64,000 nt of DNA, taken from IMG/VR virus record IMGVR_UViG_3300021962_000054, positions 31,796-95,795 of that record. One strand, 5' to 3'. Below, piece after piece: positions 37,460 to 49,387 of this stretch. Positions within the stretch are counted from its first letter, which is position 1, and each line of letters begins with the position of its first letter. The DNA comes from a virus. The translations under genes and the position numbers were made by a program. The notes beneath the pieces were generated by a model. It was not told the DNA's origin and did not search any database. It saw only the letters and a list, made by a program, of their open reading frames with translations.

Positions 37460-37896
37460 AGATGCCTTACACAATAAGCATTTTTACCTAATTCACTATC
37501 TTCCCAATCACTAGCTAACTTGAATCCAGCTTTATTATAAGTTGACCAGCTATTATATTTGGGATAGCTCCATATATATCCTGCACCTTTACTAGTAGCA
37601 AAATCGATAGATTCTTTCAGTAAGACTGTGCCTATACCTTTATTTCTAAAGTCTGGATTTACATATAAGCCCCTGCTGCGATATCCCCCGTCGCTACATG
37701 GATGAACGCTATTCACTCCTACTATCATATTATCGATCTTATAAGCAAAAAAAGTAGCCGGTTTTACCATGTTATCTAAACTATATCCGCCTAGGAAACA
37801 CATAGCACTTGTTTCTGTGATCTCTGATATCCTATCAGGCCACAAGTCGTGTTTCCAAATTGGGAAAATCTTAGAAAAATCTGCTTGAATGACCAT
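37456..37896 (-). CDS. GNAT acetyltransferase
   Basis: RGLYVNPDFRNKGIG acetyl-CoA motif; Y.KAGF. Confidence 0.9.
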   Translation of the reverse strand: MVIQADFSKIFPIWKHDLWPDRISEITETSAMCFLGGYSLDNMVKPATFFAYKIDNMIVGVNSVHPCSDGGYRSRGLYVNPDFRNKGIGTVLLKESIDFATSKGAGYIWSYPKYNSWSTYNKAGFKLASDWEDSELGKNAYCVRHL

Positions 37897-37957
37897 ATGT
37901 TTTACTAAAGAATTGTATTTGGCATAAATATAATAGTATACTGTCAGGAGTCATACA

Positions 37958-39820
37958 ATGAAGTATTTAGTAGATTTTAAGAACACCGCAACAGATGCAG
38001 AAATCCAGAGCTATTTGTCAGCACATGGCTGCACAGTCCTAAAAGAGTGGGACAATTTTGATAAAGTTTTTCTCGTAGAGGTCGCATCAGCACCACCAGT
38101 AACTGATCTCACCGAACACGTTGTTCTTGAAGAGGGAGTCGCAATCACCCCACATTATGACATCAATACACACTGGGGCCGTCATGACGATCCAAATTCA
38201 GAGAGTATCACAGTAGATACTGGTAATGAACAAGACTGGTGGAAAAATTACAGTTACGCACAACCTGTATTTGATGAGCCAACTCTTACTTTGAAAAGAT
38301 TTGGAGATCATATTAGCGTTTATGTAATGGATAGCGGTTTCACTGATAACTCTAACGGCGAATTCGCAGGTGTAAATGTAGTCAATCTTTACAGTATATT
38401 AGGCACTGATTTTGCTGATTGCAACGGTCACGGAACAGCTATGTCAAGTTTGATATCAGGACGTACATGCGGAATCACTAACGCGACTATCAAAGTAGTA
38501 AAAATATTTGATGATAACACTCCTACATTACAGAGTCAGTTTCTTGATGCATTAGATGCTATCATCGCCGATCATGATCCTAGCAAGTTCGGCGTAGTAA
38601 ATTGTAGCTGGACTATTCCAAAAAATGCTTGGATCGAATCTAAATTCCGTACTTTGACTCAAAGCGGAGTTTATGTCGTTGCAGCTGCCGGTAACACAGG
38701 CGTTGAGATTGAAGACGTTACACCTGCTAGCATGGTAGAAGCTCTTACAGTCGGTGCTTATAATAAAGATTTAGAACCTTGCTCATTTTCTGCTTATAGC
38801 GATCTAAATACTTCTGATCAGCTCGGAACAACTAATCACGGCGAATTAGATGGTTGGGCACCCGGGGATAGAATTTGGTCATATGGTACAGTGTATGGTT
38901 GGATTCAGGGAACATCCCCTGCCGCAGCTATCACCTCAGCTATAGTAGTAAATAATTTACATCGATATTGCGGTAACACTGGATCAAGACTTCCATACAC
39001 TCATGACTGGAATTTGGATAGCGCAAATCCTAATACAAGTCAAGTGCTAGCATTTTCAAGAAAAGATTTACTTGACCTTAGCGATCCTAAATATGCTAAC
39101 TCTGTAAATAAGATAGCAACTATCAACGATACTGCAATCAGTCCTACAGTTCCCCCAACTGATGAGTTGAACTACGGTATGCCAGCTGGGCAAAAAGATT
39201 TATTAGGATATGTAGTAGATCCACTAACAACTAAATCAATAGTTGATATAACTCCATTACCATCTTTCTGTCAATTATTACCTAGCGCAGGTTTATATGC
39301 ATCTCCTTCTTTAGAAGATGGACCACAAGACGGTGAAGTTTATAAACAATACGTATGGCAATTCACCAAGACAAATTTTGAAGATGTTTCAGAGACAGTG
39401 ACAGTCAATATATACGTAACTAAGGAAGATTTTCAACCTAGCGATTTACCTGATGATCACGTTATCAATATAACGCTAGCAGCAAACTGCTGGAGAAATT
39501 TCTATGTTCCTAGCTGCACAATTAGCACTTATTTTGCAAATTGCTTGAACAATTGCCCCAACAGTCAGTGCTGCTATCACATTTACAAGTCAATGGCATT
39601 CTGTGAATGCACTAACGCTTTCAGTGATCGACGACTAAAATCTAATATTGTAAGAATAGGAACACATAGCTTAGGAATAGGCTTATATGAATACGATATA
39701 TTTGGTAAAAGAACTACAGGCGTGATGGCAGAAGAATTATTAGAAGTCATGCCTCAAGCAGTATCAGTTCATTCTAGCGGATACTATATGGTCGACTATG
39801 GTATGATAGGGATGAAATGA
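37958..39820 (+). CDS. subtilisin-like S8 protease fused to an 8-Cys segment and a C-terminal S74 chaperone
   Basis: VMDSG, GHGT, AAAGN, GTS catalytic motifs; Cys-rich 39488-39610; SDRRLK...GVMAEE...VDY. Confidence 0.88.
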   Translation: MKYLVDFKNTATDAEIQSYLSAHGCTVLKEWDNFDKVFLVEVASAPPVTDLTEHVVLEEGVAITPHYDINTHWGRHDDPNSESITVDTGNEQDWWKNYSYAQPVFDEPTLTLKRFGDHISVYVMDSGFTDNSNGEFAGVNVVNLYSILGTDFADCNGHGTAMSSLISGRTCGITNATIKVVKIFDDNTPTLQSQFLDALDAIIADHDPSKFGVVNCSWTIPKNAWIESKFRTLTQSGVYVVAAAGNTGVEIEDVTPASMVEALTVGAYNKDLEPCSFSAYSDLNTSDQLGTTNHGELDGWAPGDRIWSYGTVYGWIQGTSPAAAITSAIVVNNLHRYCGNTGSRLPYTHDWNLDSANPNTSQVLAFSRKDLLDLSDPKYANSVNKIATINDTAISPTVPPTDELNYGMPAGQKDLLGYVVDPLTTKSIVDITPLPSFCQLLPSAGLYASPSLEDGPQDGEVYKQYVWQFTKTNFEDVSETVTVNIYVTKEDFQPSDLPDDHVINITLAANCWRNFYVPSCTISTYFANCLNNCPNSQCCYHIYKSMAFCECTNAFSDRRLKSNIVRIGTHSLGIGLYEYDIFGKRTTGVMAEELLEVMPQAVSVHSSGYYMVDYGMIGMK

Positions 39821-40737
39821 TCGATTGGACTAATTTTAGCGTATCAAATAATACACTAAATTTTGACTGCAAAAGAAAAAATAAAGAGCCGCATCTAACA
39901 GGTTTAGAAGCGGCTTTTTATAATATCAATTATATCACAGAAAATTATCCTGCGCCGTATACCTTATATTTGAGCGGCGGCGTCGATAGCCAAGCTATGC
40001 TATATGCCTGGGTAAAATCAAAAGTGCCGTTCAACACATTTTCAGGAATCTATAATTTTGATAGTAACTGGAATGATCTCGCGACATGTAATTTGTTCGC
40101 AAAAATATTAGATGTGAAAATTTCCTATCATCATTTTGACCTAATAAATTTTCTTGAAACAGAACATCATGATTACGCCATAAAATATAAAACAGGAAGT
40201 CCCCAATTTACTACATTTATAAAAATGGCGCAAATGACAGAAAAAGGCACAGTGATTTTTTCAGGAGAATGTAGACCTTTTTTTACATTTGTAAGAGATG
40301 ATCCTCCCCTAGCTATTCCAGACCTAAACAGTATGGGATTATATTATTACGGAAGCATAGATAAACGACCAATCGTGCCGTGGTTTTTTATCGAAACAGA
40401 AACGATAACATATTCTTGGATTTATGATCATAATATCACACACAAACCTGTGATAGATTCTTTTGAAGTACGACAGCAAAATAAAGAAATGAAATTAGGA
40501 TACAAGCGAAAGATTGACATCTATCATCAAAATGATTATCCTGTTATTCCGCAAGATAATAAACAAAACGGTTTCGAAAAAATCAAAGACTATTATGACA
40601 CACAGAATAAAAAACCTGTTACCCTACAAGATAGATTAGCAAAAGGATTTTTCAGATCCGATAGAAATTTTGATTTATTATTCCGAAATAAATATGAGGC
40701 TAAACTCGTAAAATATAAATACAACATAAACTGGTGA
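39817..40737 (+). CDS. PP-loop ATPase (asparagine-synthetase-like N-type ATP pyrophosphatase)
   Basis: LYLSGGVDSQ; IFSGE; K..GFE. Confidence 0.65.
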   Translation: MIDWTNFSVSNNTLNFDCKRKNKEPHLTGLEAAFYNINYITENYPAPYTLYLSGGVDSQAMLYAWVKSKVPFNTFSGIYNFDSNWNDLATCNLFAKILDVKISYHHFDLINFLETEHHDYAIKYKTGSPQFTTFIKMAQMTEKGTVIFSGECRPFFTFVRDDPPLAIPDLNSMGLYYYGSIDKRPIVPWFFIETETITYSWIYDHNITHKPVIDSFEVRQQNKEMKLGYKRKIDIYHQNDYPVIPQDNKQNGFEKIKDYYDTQNKKPVTLQDRLAKGFFRSDRNFDLLFRNKYEAKLVKYKYNINW

Positions 40738-40741
40738 GTAC

Positions 40742-41014
40742 ATGTTTGATAAATTGAAAAATAAAATGGCAGCTCTGCAAAAAATTGCAGAAGAAAAAGC
40801 TGTAGAAAAATTATTAGTAGATAAAGTTCATCCAGACGTCCAGCTAGAACGTATTTCTATCTGTCATTCATGTGAAAAGTTTTACAAACCTACAGCACAA
40901 TGCAGGTTGTGCGGATGCTTTATGAACGTAAAAAGCTGGATGCCAGAGCAGGCCTGCCCGATAAAAAAATGGGGACATGCAGAAGTTCATAGTAATGGTA
41001 TAATACCAGATTGA
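40742..41014 (+). CDS. small Cys-rich protein (DUF6171-like)
   Basis: R..IC..C...QC.LCGCFM..K.....CP..KW. Confidence 0.75.
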   Translation: MFDKLKNKMAALQKIAEEKAVEKLLVDKVHPDVQLERISICHSCEKFYKPTAQCRLCGCFMNVKSWMPEQACPIKKWGHAEVHSNGIIPD

Positions 41015-41508
41015 TAAAAATTACTTTTATATATAAAGGCTCTATAAAGCCTCCCGATATATATTGTAAACTCGCAGAAAAAGTAACCAATCTCGTCAAT
41101 ACATTATACGTATTACCGAAAATTATAGAAGTTCAATTTGAGGAAATGGGTCCAAGCATTTATGGTATGACTATGCTCGATCCACGATTTCCTAACAGGA
41201 TCCGTATCAATCAGGATTTATCATTAGAAGAATTTCTACTGCCCTTGACCCATGAACTTGTACATCTTCACCAGATTTATACTAATAAATTACAAGCGAG
41301 ATCGGGCGGCAAGATACTTTGGGAAGGACAGATTTATAAGTCTGATTCATCTAAACTGTCTTATGATGAGTATCTAAACTTACCCTGGGAGTTTGACGCT
41401 AATCAAAAACAAAAGCAGATTTTGGAATTCTTGAAGCAACATAAAAGACGCATAGACAATCAAATCAAAAAGGAATTACAGTTTACCCAAAATACTATAC
41501 AACAGTAG
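41011..41508 (+). CDS. HEXXH metallopeptidase-like protein
   Basis: THELVHLHQ ... LPWE. Confidence 0.75.
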   Translation: MIKITFIYKGSIKPPDIYCKLAEKVTNLVNTLYVLPKIIEVQFEEMGPSIYGMTMLDPRFPNRIRINQDLSLEEFLLPLTHELVHLHQIYTNKLQARSGGKILWEGQIYKSDSSKLSYDEYLNLPWEFDANQKQKQILEFLKQHKRRIDNQIKKELQFTQNTIQQ

Positions 41509-41556
41509 TTCAATTTGTAATACTATTCATGTGTTTATTTTTCTTTAGGAGTTTTT

Positions 41557-41766
41557 GTGTCTTTTGCAAATTATCCTTTTAGGCCTACTGTATTATTTGA
41601 TGTAAGTAATCCTGAGCATAGACAATGGCTTGGTGAGTTTACAAAATCTAGGTCTTGGGGCAAGTGTCCTGTAAAATTCGCTACATCAGGTAATGGCAAT
41701 ACTATTGCCCAGATGCAGTTACGATTGTTACAATATTACACAGACCAGGAATTCAATAAGGCTTGA
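41557..41766 (+). CDS. hypothetical phage protein
   Basis: AGGAG RBS; FD.SN.EHR, SWG.CP. Confidence 0.7.
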   Translation: MSFANYPFRPTVLFDVSNPEHRQWLGEFTKSRSWGKCPVKFATSGNGNTIAQMQLRLLQYYTDQEFNKA

Positions 41767-41791
41767 CATCGGATTGGATACCCACTATAAT
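41763..41791 (+). promoter_or_regulatory. sigma70 early promoter
   Basis: TTGACA-N17-TATAAT. Confidence 0.85.
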
Positions 41792-41798
41792 TAATATC

Positions 41799-41963
41799 AT
41801 GAAAACTGAACGCATTAGTTTTGTCGTAAAGGCCCCCAAGCAGCGCAATCATCGTGCGCTATTTGATAGGGATTTTAACTTCCGTGGTAAGCGTCATGAT
41901 GATAAGCACGCCTACAAGCGTAAACCAAAATACAACAAATGGAGCGATTATGACTTCGCCTGA
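41799..41963 (+). CDS. ArfA-like small basic protein
   Basis: RALFDRDFNFRGKRHDDKHAYKRKPKY resembles ArfA [28 protein letters not shown]. Confidence 0.5.
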   Translation: MKTERISFVVKAPKQRNHRALFDRDFNFRGKRHDDKHAYKRKPKYNKWSDYDFA

Positions 41964-42126
41964 AATTAGACAGATGGTTGTAGACCTGAGGTCCGAGGGT
42001 ATGGACTGTCATACTATAGCCCGTAAACTTGAGTTGACAGTTCCAGAGGTCGAGGAGATCGTGTACGGTCCTGCTGTGACGGATCCTGATATGATCGAAT
42101 TCGTACACTGGGGCGCACATTACTAA
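41950..42126 (+). CDS. small HTH-like protein
   Basis: GGAG RBS; GMDCHTIARKLELTVPEV. Confidence 0.55.
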   Translation: MTSPEIRQMVVDLRSEGMDCHTIARKLELTVPEVEEIVYGPAVTDPDMIEFVHWGAHY

Positions 42127-42137
42127 AAACCTAACAA

Positions 42138-42254
42138 AATCAATAGGTTACGTAAGTTGTTGATTTATAAAGCCTTTTTCTTGCTAAAAATGTGAGAAAA
42201 AGGCTTGACCTTATCTGGGTTTGGGCATAGACTATATCTATAGTTGAGAAACGG
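42138..42254 (+). promoter_or_regulatory. inverted IHF-site pair plus sigma70 early promoter and conserved leader
   Basis: AATCAATAGGTTA / TAAGTTGTTGATT; TTGACC-N17-TAGACT; TATCTATAGTTGA..ACGGAG. Confidence 0.7.
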
Positions 42255-42262
42255 AGATAGAT

Positions 42263-42448
42263 ATGAAGATCGGTGACAAGGTAAAGGGTGTTTCATACGA
42301 TGCTAATTTCGACGAGATTATGGTCGAGGGCATCTACGAGTTTATCACCGACGATCCCGAGGATTACAGTCACGATATCGGCATTCGCACTAGCGACGGT
42401 CGACTGGTCTATTGTGAGGAAGGAGATGTCTGGCCTGTCAAGGCTTGA
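42263..42448 (+). CDS. small early hypothetical protein
   Basis: GGAG RBS; MKIGDKV. Confidence 0.7.
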   Translation: MKIGDKVKGVSYDANFDEIMVEGIYEFITDDPEDYSHDIGIRTSDGRLVYCEEGDVWPVKA

Positions 42449-42496
42449 CATTTGGGTAGTTTGGTGTTACCATATATCTATAGTTGATTCACGGAG
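42445..42496 (+). promoter_or_regulatory. sigma70 early promoter, repeat copy
   Basis: TTGACA-N17-TACCAT; TATCTATAGTTGATTCACGGAG. Confidence 0.7.
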
Positions 42497-42504
42497 TAAT
42501 TGAA

Positions 42505-42846
42505 ATGTATCAAGAACACGATATGGATATGGCGCTAACTGAGTACATGGACAAGATCCAGGCCAGTTACAATGAGTTTCAGGGTAAGACTGAGGATTAT
42601 CTAAAGTCCTTCCGCGACCTAGAATACACGCGCCCGCAATTGAACATCACCTTTGTTCGCGGTAGCAAATTTTATAAGTGTGTGGTCAACAATAGCGCAC
42701 ACAGTTTCATCTGCCGCAAGGCGCATGACAAGTGGAAGGTTGGCGATGTATTGAAGGCTGCGAGTTGGAACGCCCCTGCTAAGAATTTTGTGCGTGGCAA
42801 TGTACTCACGCAGACTTATAATACACTGAGTTGGACTGGAGCCTAA
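42505..42846 (+). CDS. conserved early T4-like phage protein
   Basis: GDVLKAASWNAPAKNFVRGN motif. Confidence 0.75.
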   Translation: MYQEHDMDMALTEYMDKIQASYNEFQGKTEDYLKSFRDLEYTRPQLNITFVRGSKFYKCVVNNSAHSFICRKAHDKWKVGDVLKAASWNAPAKNFVRGNVLTQTYNTLSWTGA

Positions 42847-42853
42847 TAGGAGT

Positions 42854-43144
42854 ATGACAATGAAAATCAATGATGTTACTCATGCGATTATGTTTGGTGA
42901 CTTTACTAACGACCAGTTGAATGCGATTGCGCAGGCTGTCAAGTATCGTCGCAATCAGATATCTAAGGATGTCAAGCGCGGCTTGTGTATCGGTGACAGT
43001 GTAAAGTTCCCTGGTCGCAACGGTCAGTATGTGATTGGTAGTGTGACTAAGGTCAATCGTAAGTTTGTGTTAGTGAAAGAGAATCGCGGCGGATATTTGC
43101 CCATGACTTGGCGAGTGCCCGCTTCAATGTTAGAAACGGTGTAA
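42854..43144 (+). CDS. early hypothetical protein (SH3-like C-terminus)
   Basis: AGGAG RBS; GD.V.F...G.V.KVNRK...WRVPASML. Confidence 0.75.
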   Translation: MTMKINDVTHAIMFGDFTNDQLNAIAQAVKYRRNQISKDVKRGLCIGDSVKFPGRNGQYVIGSVTKVNRKFVLVKENRGGYLPMTWRVPASMLETV

Positions 43145-43145
43145 T

Positions 43146-43490
43146 ATGAAAGTCCATTCATTTGACATTATCCAAGACAAGGTAGTCCGCGACGGTAAGG
43201 TCGCGGTACTATTCAGCCCGGGCTTTGGTGCGGGTTGGTATACTTGGAATCAATCTCATCCGGAACTACTGTTCCTGCCCCGTGTCGTAGAAATGGTTCT
43301 CAATCAGGACAGCCATCACGATATTGAGGCCTACATCAACTCCGTATATGAGGAGGATGATATCTATACGGGCGGCGTCCACGACCTCACGATCATGTGG
43401 ATACCCCAGGGTACAGAGTTCCAAGTAGAGGAATATGACGGCGCGGAGAGCATCAAACTGAAGGATACTCAGGACTGGATCACCGCATAG
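43146..43490 (+). CDS. conserved hypothetical phage protein
   Basis: VAVL.SPGFGAGW, EYDG.ES. Confidence 0.8.
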   Translation: MKVHSFDIIQDKVVRDGKVAVLFSPGFGAGWYTWNQSHPELLFLPRVVEMVLNQDSHHDIEAYINSVYEEDDIYTGGVHDLTIMWIPQGTEFQVEEYDGAESIKLKDTQDWITA

Positions 43491-43606
43491 GACCACTTAT
43501 AAGCCCCCGGGCGGGGTAGTTTATACTCAATTTCATTCCCCGCCCGGGGTCGCTTATAGAGCGTTATAGGCGGTTTTAGGAAAACCTAATAAAATCAACA
43601 ACTTAG
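43490..43606. repeat. ~120-bp element, copy 1 (GC hairpin core, phased arms, IHF site)
   Basis: 12-bp stem 43505-43516/43538-43549; resembles 45107-45220. Confidence 0.5.
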
Positions 43607-43719
43607 CACTTATCGTAAGTCATTGATTTATAACGGTTTATTTTTCGCAGGAATTTGATAAAAAGGCTTGACCTAGGAATGGATTGGGCGCATAATGTAT
43701 CTATAGTTGATTAACGGAG
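43593..43719 (+). promoter_or_regulatory. inverted IHF-site pair plus sigma70 early promoter and conserved leader
   Basis: AATCAACAACTTA / TAAGTCATTGATT; TTGACC-N17-CATAAT; TATCTATAGTTGATTAACGGAG. Confidence 0.7.
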
Positions 43720-43727
43720 ATTACGAA

Positions 43728-44144
43728 ATGGCTTACATGAACCAAGAACGAAAGGCGAAGATTACTGCGAACCTCAAGCCCATCCTCAAGAAGTATGGTA
43801 TCAAGGGTACGTTGCGTGTTCGTAATCATATGGCGATTGTCTTGACCCTCAAGAGTGGCAAGATTGATTTTATCGCTAACAGCAATCGTGTCTGTGGTAG
43901 CAACCCGTTTCAAGTGTCTCGCGGGTTCAAGCTCAACACTGGCGGCTACTGTGATGTGAATCAGTTTTGGTTCCACGAACACTATGATGGTGACGCCAAG
44001 GCGTTCTTGACTGAGGCGTATGCTGCGCTCAAGTCGGCTTCTTGGTATGATCGTAGCGATGCGATGACCGATTATTTCGACACCGCGTACTACATGGATA
44101 TCAATATCGGTCGTTGGGACAAGCCCTACGTGGTGACCAAATAA
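43728..44144 (+). CDS. conserved early phage protein
   Basis: MAYMNQE.K, D.SD.MTDYF..AYY..I.IG.W.KPY. Confidence 0.8.
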   Translation: MAYMNQERKAKITANLKPILKKYGIKGTLRVRNHMAIVLTLKSGKIDFIANSNRVCGSNPFQVSRGFKLNTGGYCDVNQFWFHEHYDGDAKAFLTEAYAALKSASWYDRSDAMTDYFDTAYYMDINIGRWDKPYVVTK

Positions 44145-44383
44145 TGGCTACGAACAATTTACAGCGTCCCAAATATAATTATTTTGTCCAAATCAAGGAC
44201 CATAGTGAGTTGGTACAGGATACGATTGACTTTTTGGAAACTCATGCGACTAAACCGTTGAATGAGATTTCGGTAGAGGAGATCAATCAATTCTTGGCCG
44301 ATTGTTGGGGACGAGCCCGCTGGGCCGGTGAGGGTCTGAACTGGGATTGTAAGCCTGGCTTTACTAAAACTGTTTCCTACTAA
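44144..44383 (+). CDS. hypothetical protein
   Basis: TAATG coupling to the upstream gene. Confidence 0.6.
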   Translation: MATNNLQRPKYNYFVQIKDHSELVQDTIDFLETHATKPLNEISVEEINQFLADCWGRARWAGEGLNWDCKPGFTKTVSY

Positions 44384-44409
44384 ATATCTATAGGAACAGG
44401 AGAACCGAC

Positions 44410-44574
44410 ATGTCACAGTTGAAACAATATTGGATGCTTTGCAGATTGAAAGATGAACCGGGCGCAGGTACGACCCGTGTCTATATCATGGCTGAGAACC
44501 CCTACGCGGCGACTCAGATGTTGAAAGCCCAGTATGGCAAGTTGCTCATTAGCGACTATGCGATGCCGGTATAA
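44410..44574 (+). CDS. small hypothetical protein (54 aa)
   Basis: Read manually; TAAATA plus AGGAG; A.N.Y.A.QML.AQYG. Confidence 0.7.
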   Translation: MSQLKQYWMLCRLKDEPGAGTTRVYIMAENPYAATQMLKAQYGKLLISDYAMPV

Positions 44575-44591
44575 ATTGGGTAACAAAACGG

Positions 44592-44620
44592 TTGACATTT
44601 GGAGATCGTTTTGTTATACT
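44592..44620 (+). promoter_or_regulatory. sigma70 promoter
   Basis: TTGACA-N17-TATACT. Confidence 0.8.
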
Positions 44621-44686
44621 AATCATGTAGAGTGAAATTCTACAAATGTGTGTGTTGTTTATTTTTAACTTGATGAGGTAATTTAT

Positions 44687-45028
44687 ATGTCTACTAAGTT
44701 GTTTACTGTTGCTGGTATCACTGTTCACAATGGCAATGCTAAGGTCCGCTTTACTGACGACATGAGTCGTCGCGTCAAGCAGTTTAGCAAGGGCGGCGCT
44801 TCGCGTGTTGATTTCGTTACGCTCCCGAATGCTATGAACAAGATCGATGCTCTGAAGTATCTTTTGACGCTGCCGAATTTCGCGTCTGCTGAGGATCAGG
44901 CTACGATTAGCGAGACTCTTGCTGATCGTGAGCGTGAGGCTCGCAAGGGTGAAGTGCGTGTTCAGGCTAAGCCCTCGCTCGACGCTATCAAGAGTCGCGC
45001 TAAGGTGAATGCTAGCGTTGATGCGTAA
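44687..45028 (+). CDS. conserved hypothetical phage protein
   Basis: GAGG RBS; F.VAG......KVRF. Confidence 0.75.
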   Translation: MSTKLFTVAGITVHNGNAKVRFTDDMSRRVKQFSKGGASRVDFVTLPNAMNKIDALKYLLTLPNFASAEDQATISETLADREREARKGEVRVQAKPSLDAIKSRAKVNASVDA

Positions 45029-45050
45029 TCAGTAACTCAATACTGAATGT

Positions 45051-45076
45051 GAAAAGCCCCGGTAACGGGGCTTTTC
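45051..45076. terminator. bidirectional intrinsic terminator
   Basis: GAAAAGCCCCG-gtaa-CGGGGCTTTTC between convergent gene blocks. Confidence 0.88.
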
Positions 45077-45106
45077 CATATCTGGTGAGGTATTATGGAC
45101 CTAACA

Positions 45107-45220
45107 GGACCTTCTATAGGGACCTATTTTGGGGCTAGCTATACTCAGATATACCCCCTGCTCTGATCCGCTCTAATGCGGTCCTATTGCGTTATACGGC
45201 CAATAGAATCAATGACTTAG
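45107..45220. repeat. ~115-bp element, copy 2, with IHF site 45207-45219
   Basis: Shares GGACC, GGGG.TAG.TATACTCA, CCCC, CGCT, GCGTTATA and AATCAA..ACTTAG with copy 1. Confidence 0.45.
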
Positions 45221-46338
45221 AGTGTAGGTAGGTCTCTACGTAGATAATCTAGGGCAACTCTGTTGCTATGTCGTTCGTACCAGCCCTTACCTGTATATAC
45301 GTCTAGCACGTTTTGGAAGTATTCTTCATACATTGGGGCGACATTTTCTAGGCTGAAATTCTCACCGAACTTGCGACAGTTTGCAGGCTTGATGTTACCA
45401 ATATTCTCAGTAGCCCAAACAAAGTGATCGAACGTGCGACAACGATATCCGGTGTACCCGTGAATGTTGTTCTCTGTAAATGATCCCCAATCTGTTGTGA
45501 TAGTAGGAGTACCGCTCAATAGCATCTCAATCTGAACACCACCAAATGGTTCTATGTACATGCTAGGTACATATGCACCTTTAGCATTAGCCATAAGTTT
45601 CTTACGTGTTGGTACATCTGCGTAACCTACGAATTCTACATGTTTTGGAAAGCTGATGTCATCTGGCTTTTGTCCGGCGATCACTAGCCTGCATCCTGCT
45701 GCTTCGCTAGCCTGCATTGCTACATGAACACCTTTACCACTATACACACGACCTAAGAATAACATGTAATCTTCTTTCTTGTCGTTGTATTGAAAGTCAT
45801 CTAAATCAAAGTAGTTAGGTATTACGACATCGTACCAATCACTCTTACAAGTTCCTACACCTTGCATACCATAATAGGCATGCATGATCGCATAACTCTC
45901 AAAGACTTTCCAACGTGCCCAGTGTCCACCTGCATAACCGATACCGGGTTCAACAACGATGAGGTCATTATGTGCATCACAGATAGGTCTTACTCCGCTA
46001 CCCCAAAACGGAAGCACAAAGTCATATTTTTGTTTGCGTTTACCAATCTCTGTTATCGCATTCTTATAAAAAGTTTGATAAGCATGATCACTTGTGTTAT
46101 ATGTAAAGAAATTTTTGCGCCAGTCATAGTTACCGTAAGCAATCTCTAAATCTTTGTTTGTGACTACTGTAACATGTTCGTCGCAAACTAAATCTGATTC
46201 TTCATGACCATAGTGGATGATTTCATGCCCGCGGGCTTTCATCATCTTACCGAACTTGAGGACTTTCTGTGTGTAAGCACAAGCGTTATATTCTTTGCTA
46301 GTGACTGTGTGCGGCAGTCCTAAAATGTGAAATCTCAT
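45217..46338 (-). CDS. glycosyltransferase family 4
   Basis: LFLGR...KG, AG, PS.Y.EPFGGV.IE....GTP.I. Confidence 0.92.
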   Translation of the reverse strand: MRFHILGLPHTVTSKEYNACAYTQKVLKFGKMMKARGHEIIHYGHEESDLVCDEHVTVVTNKDLEIAYGNYDWRKNFFTYNTSDHAYQTFYKNAITEIGKRKQKYDFVLPFWGSGVRPICDAHNDLIVVEPGIGYAGGHWARWKVFESYAIMHAYYGMQGVGTCKSDWYDVVIPNYFDLDDFQYNDKKEDYMLFLGRVYSGKGVHVAMQASEAAGCRLVIAGQKPDDISFPKHVEFVGYADVPTRKKLMANAKGAYVPSMYIEPFGGVQIEMLLSGTPTITTDWGSFTENNIHGYTGYRCRTFDHFVWATENIGNIKPANCRKFGENFSLENVAPMYEEYFQNVLDVYTGKGWYERHSNRVALDYLRRDLPTL

Positions 46339-46412
46339 AGATATGGAAAACCTAGTATATGTAATAATTACTTATACTAGGTAACCATTTGTGCTAAATT
46401 TTTAGTTTAGTA

Positions 46413-49370
<2,958 letters not shown>

Positions 49371-49387
49371 TCATCTGACGATATAAA

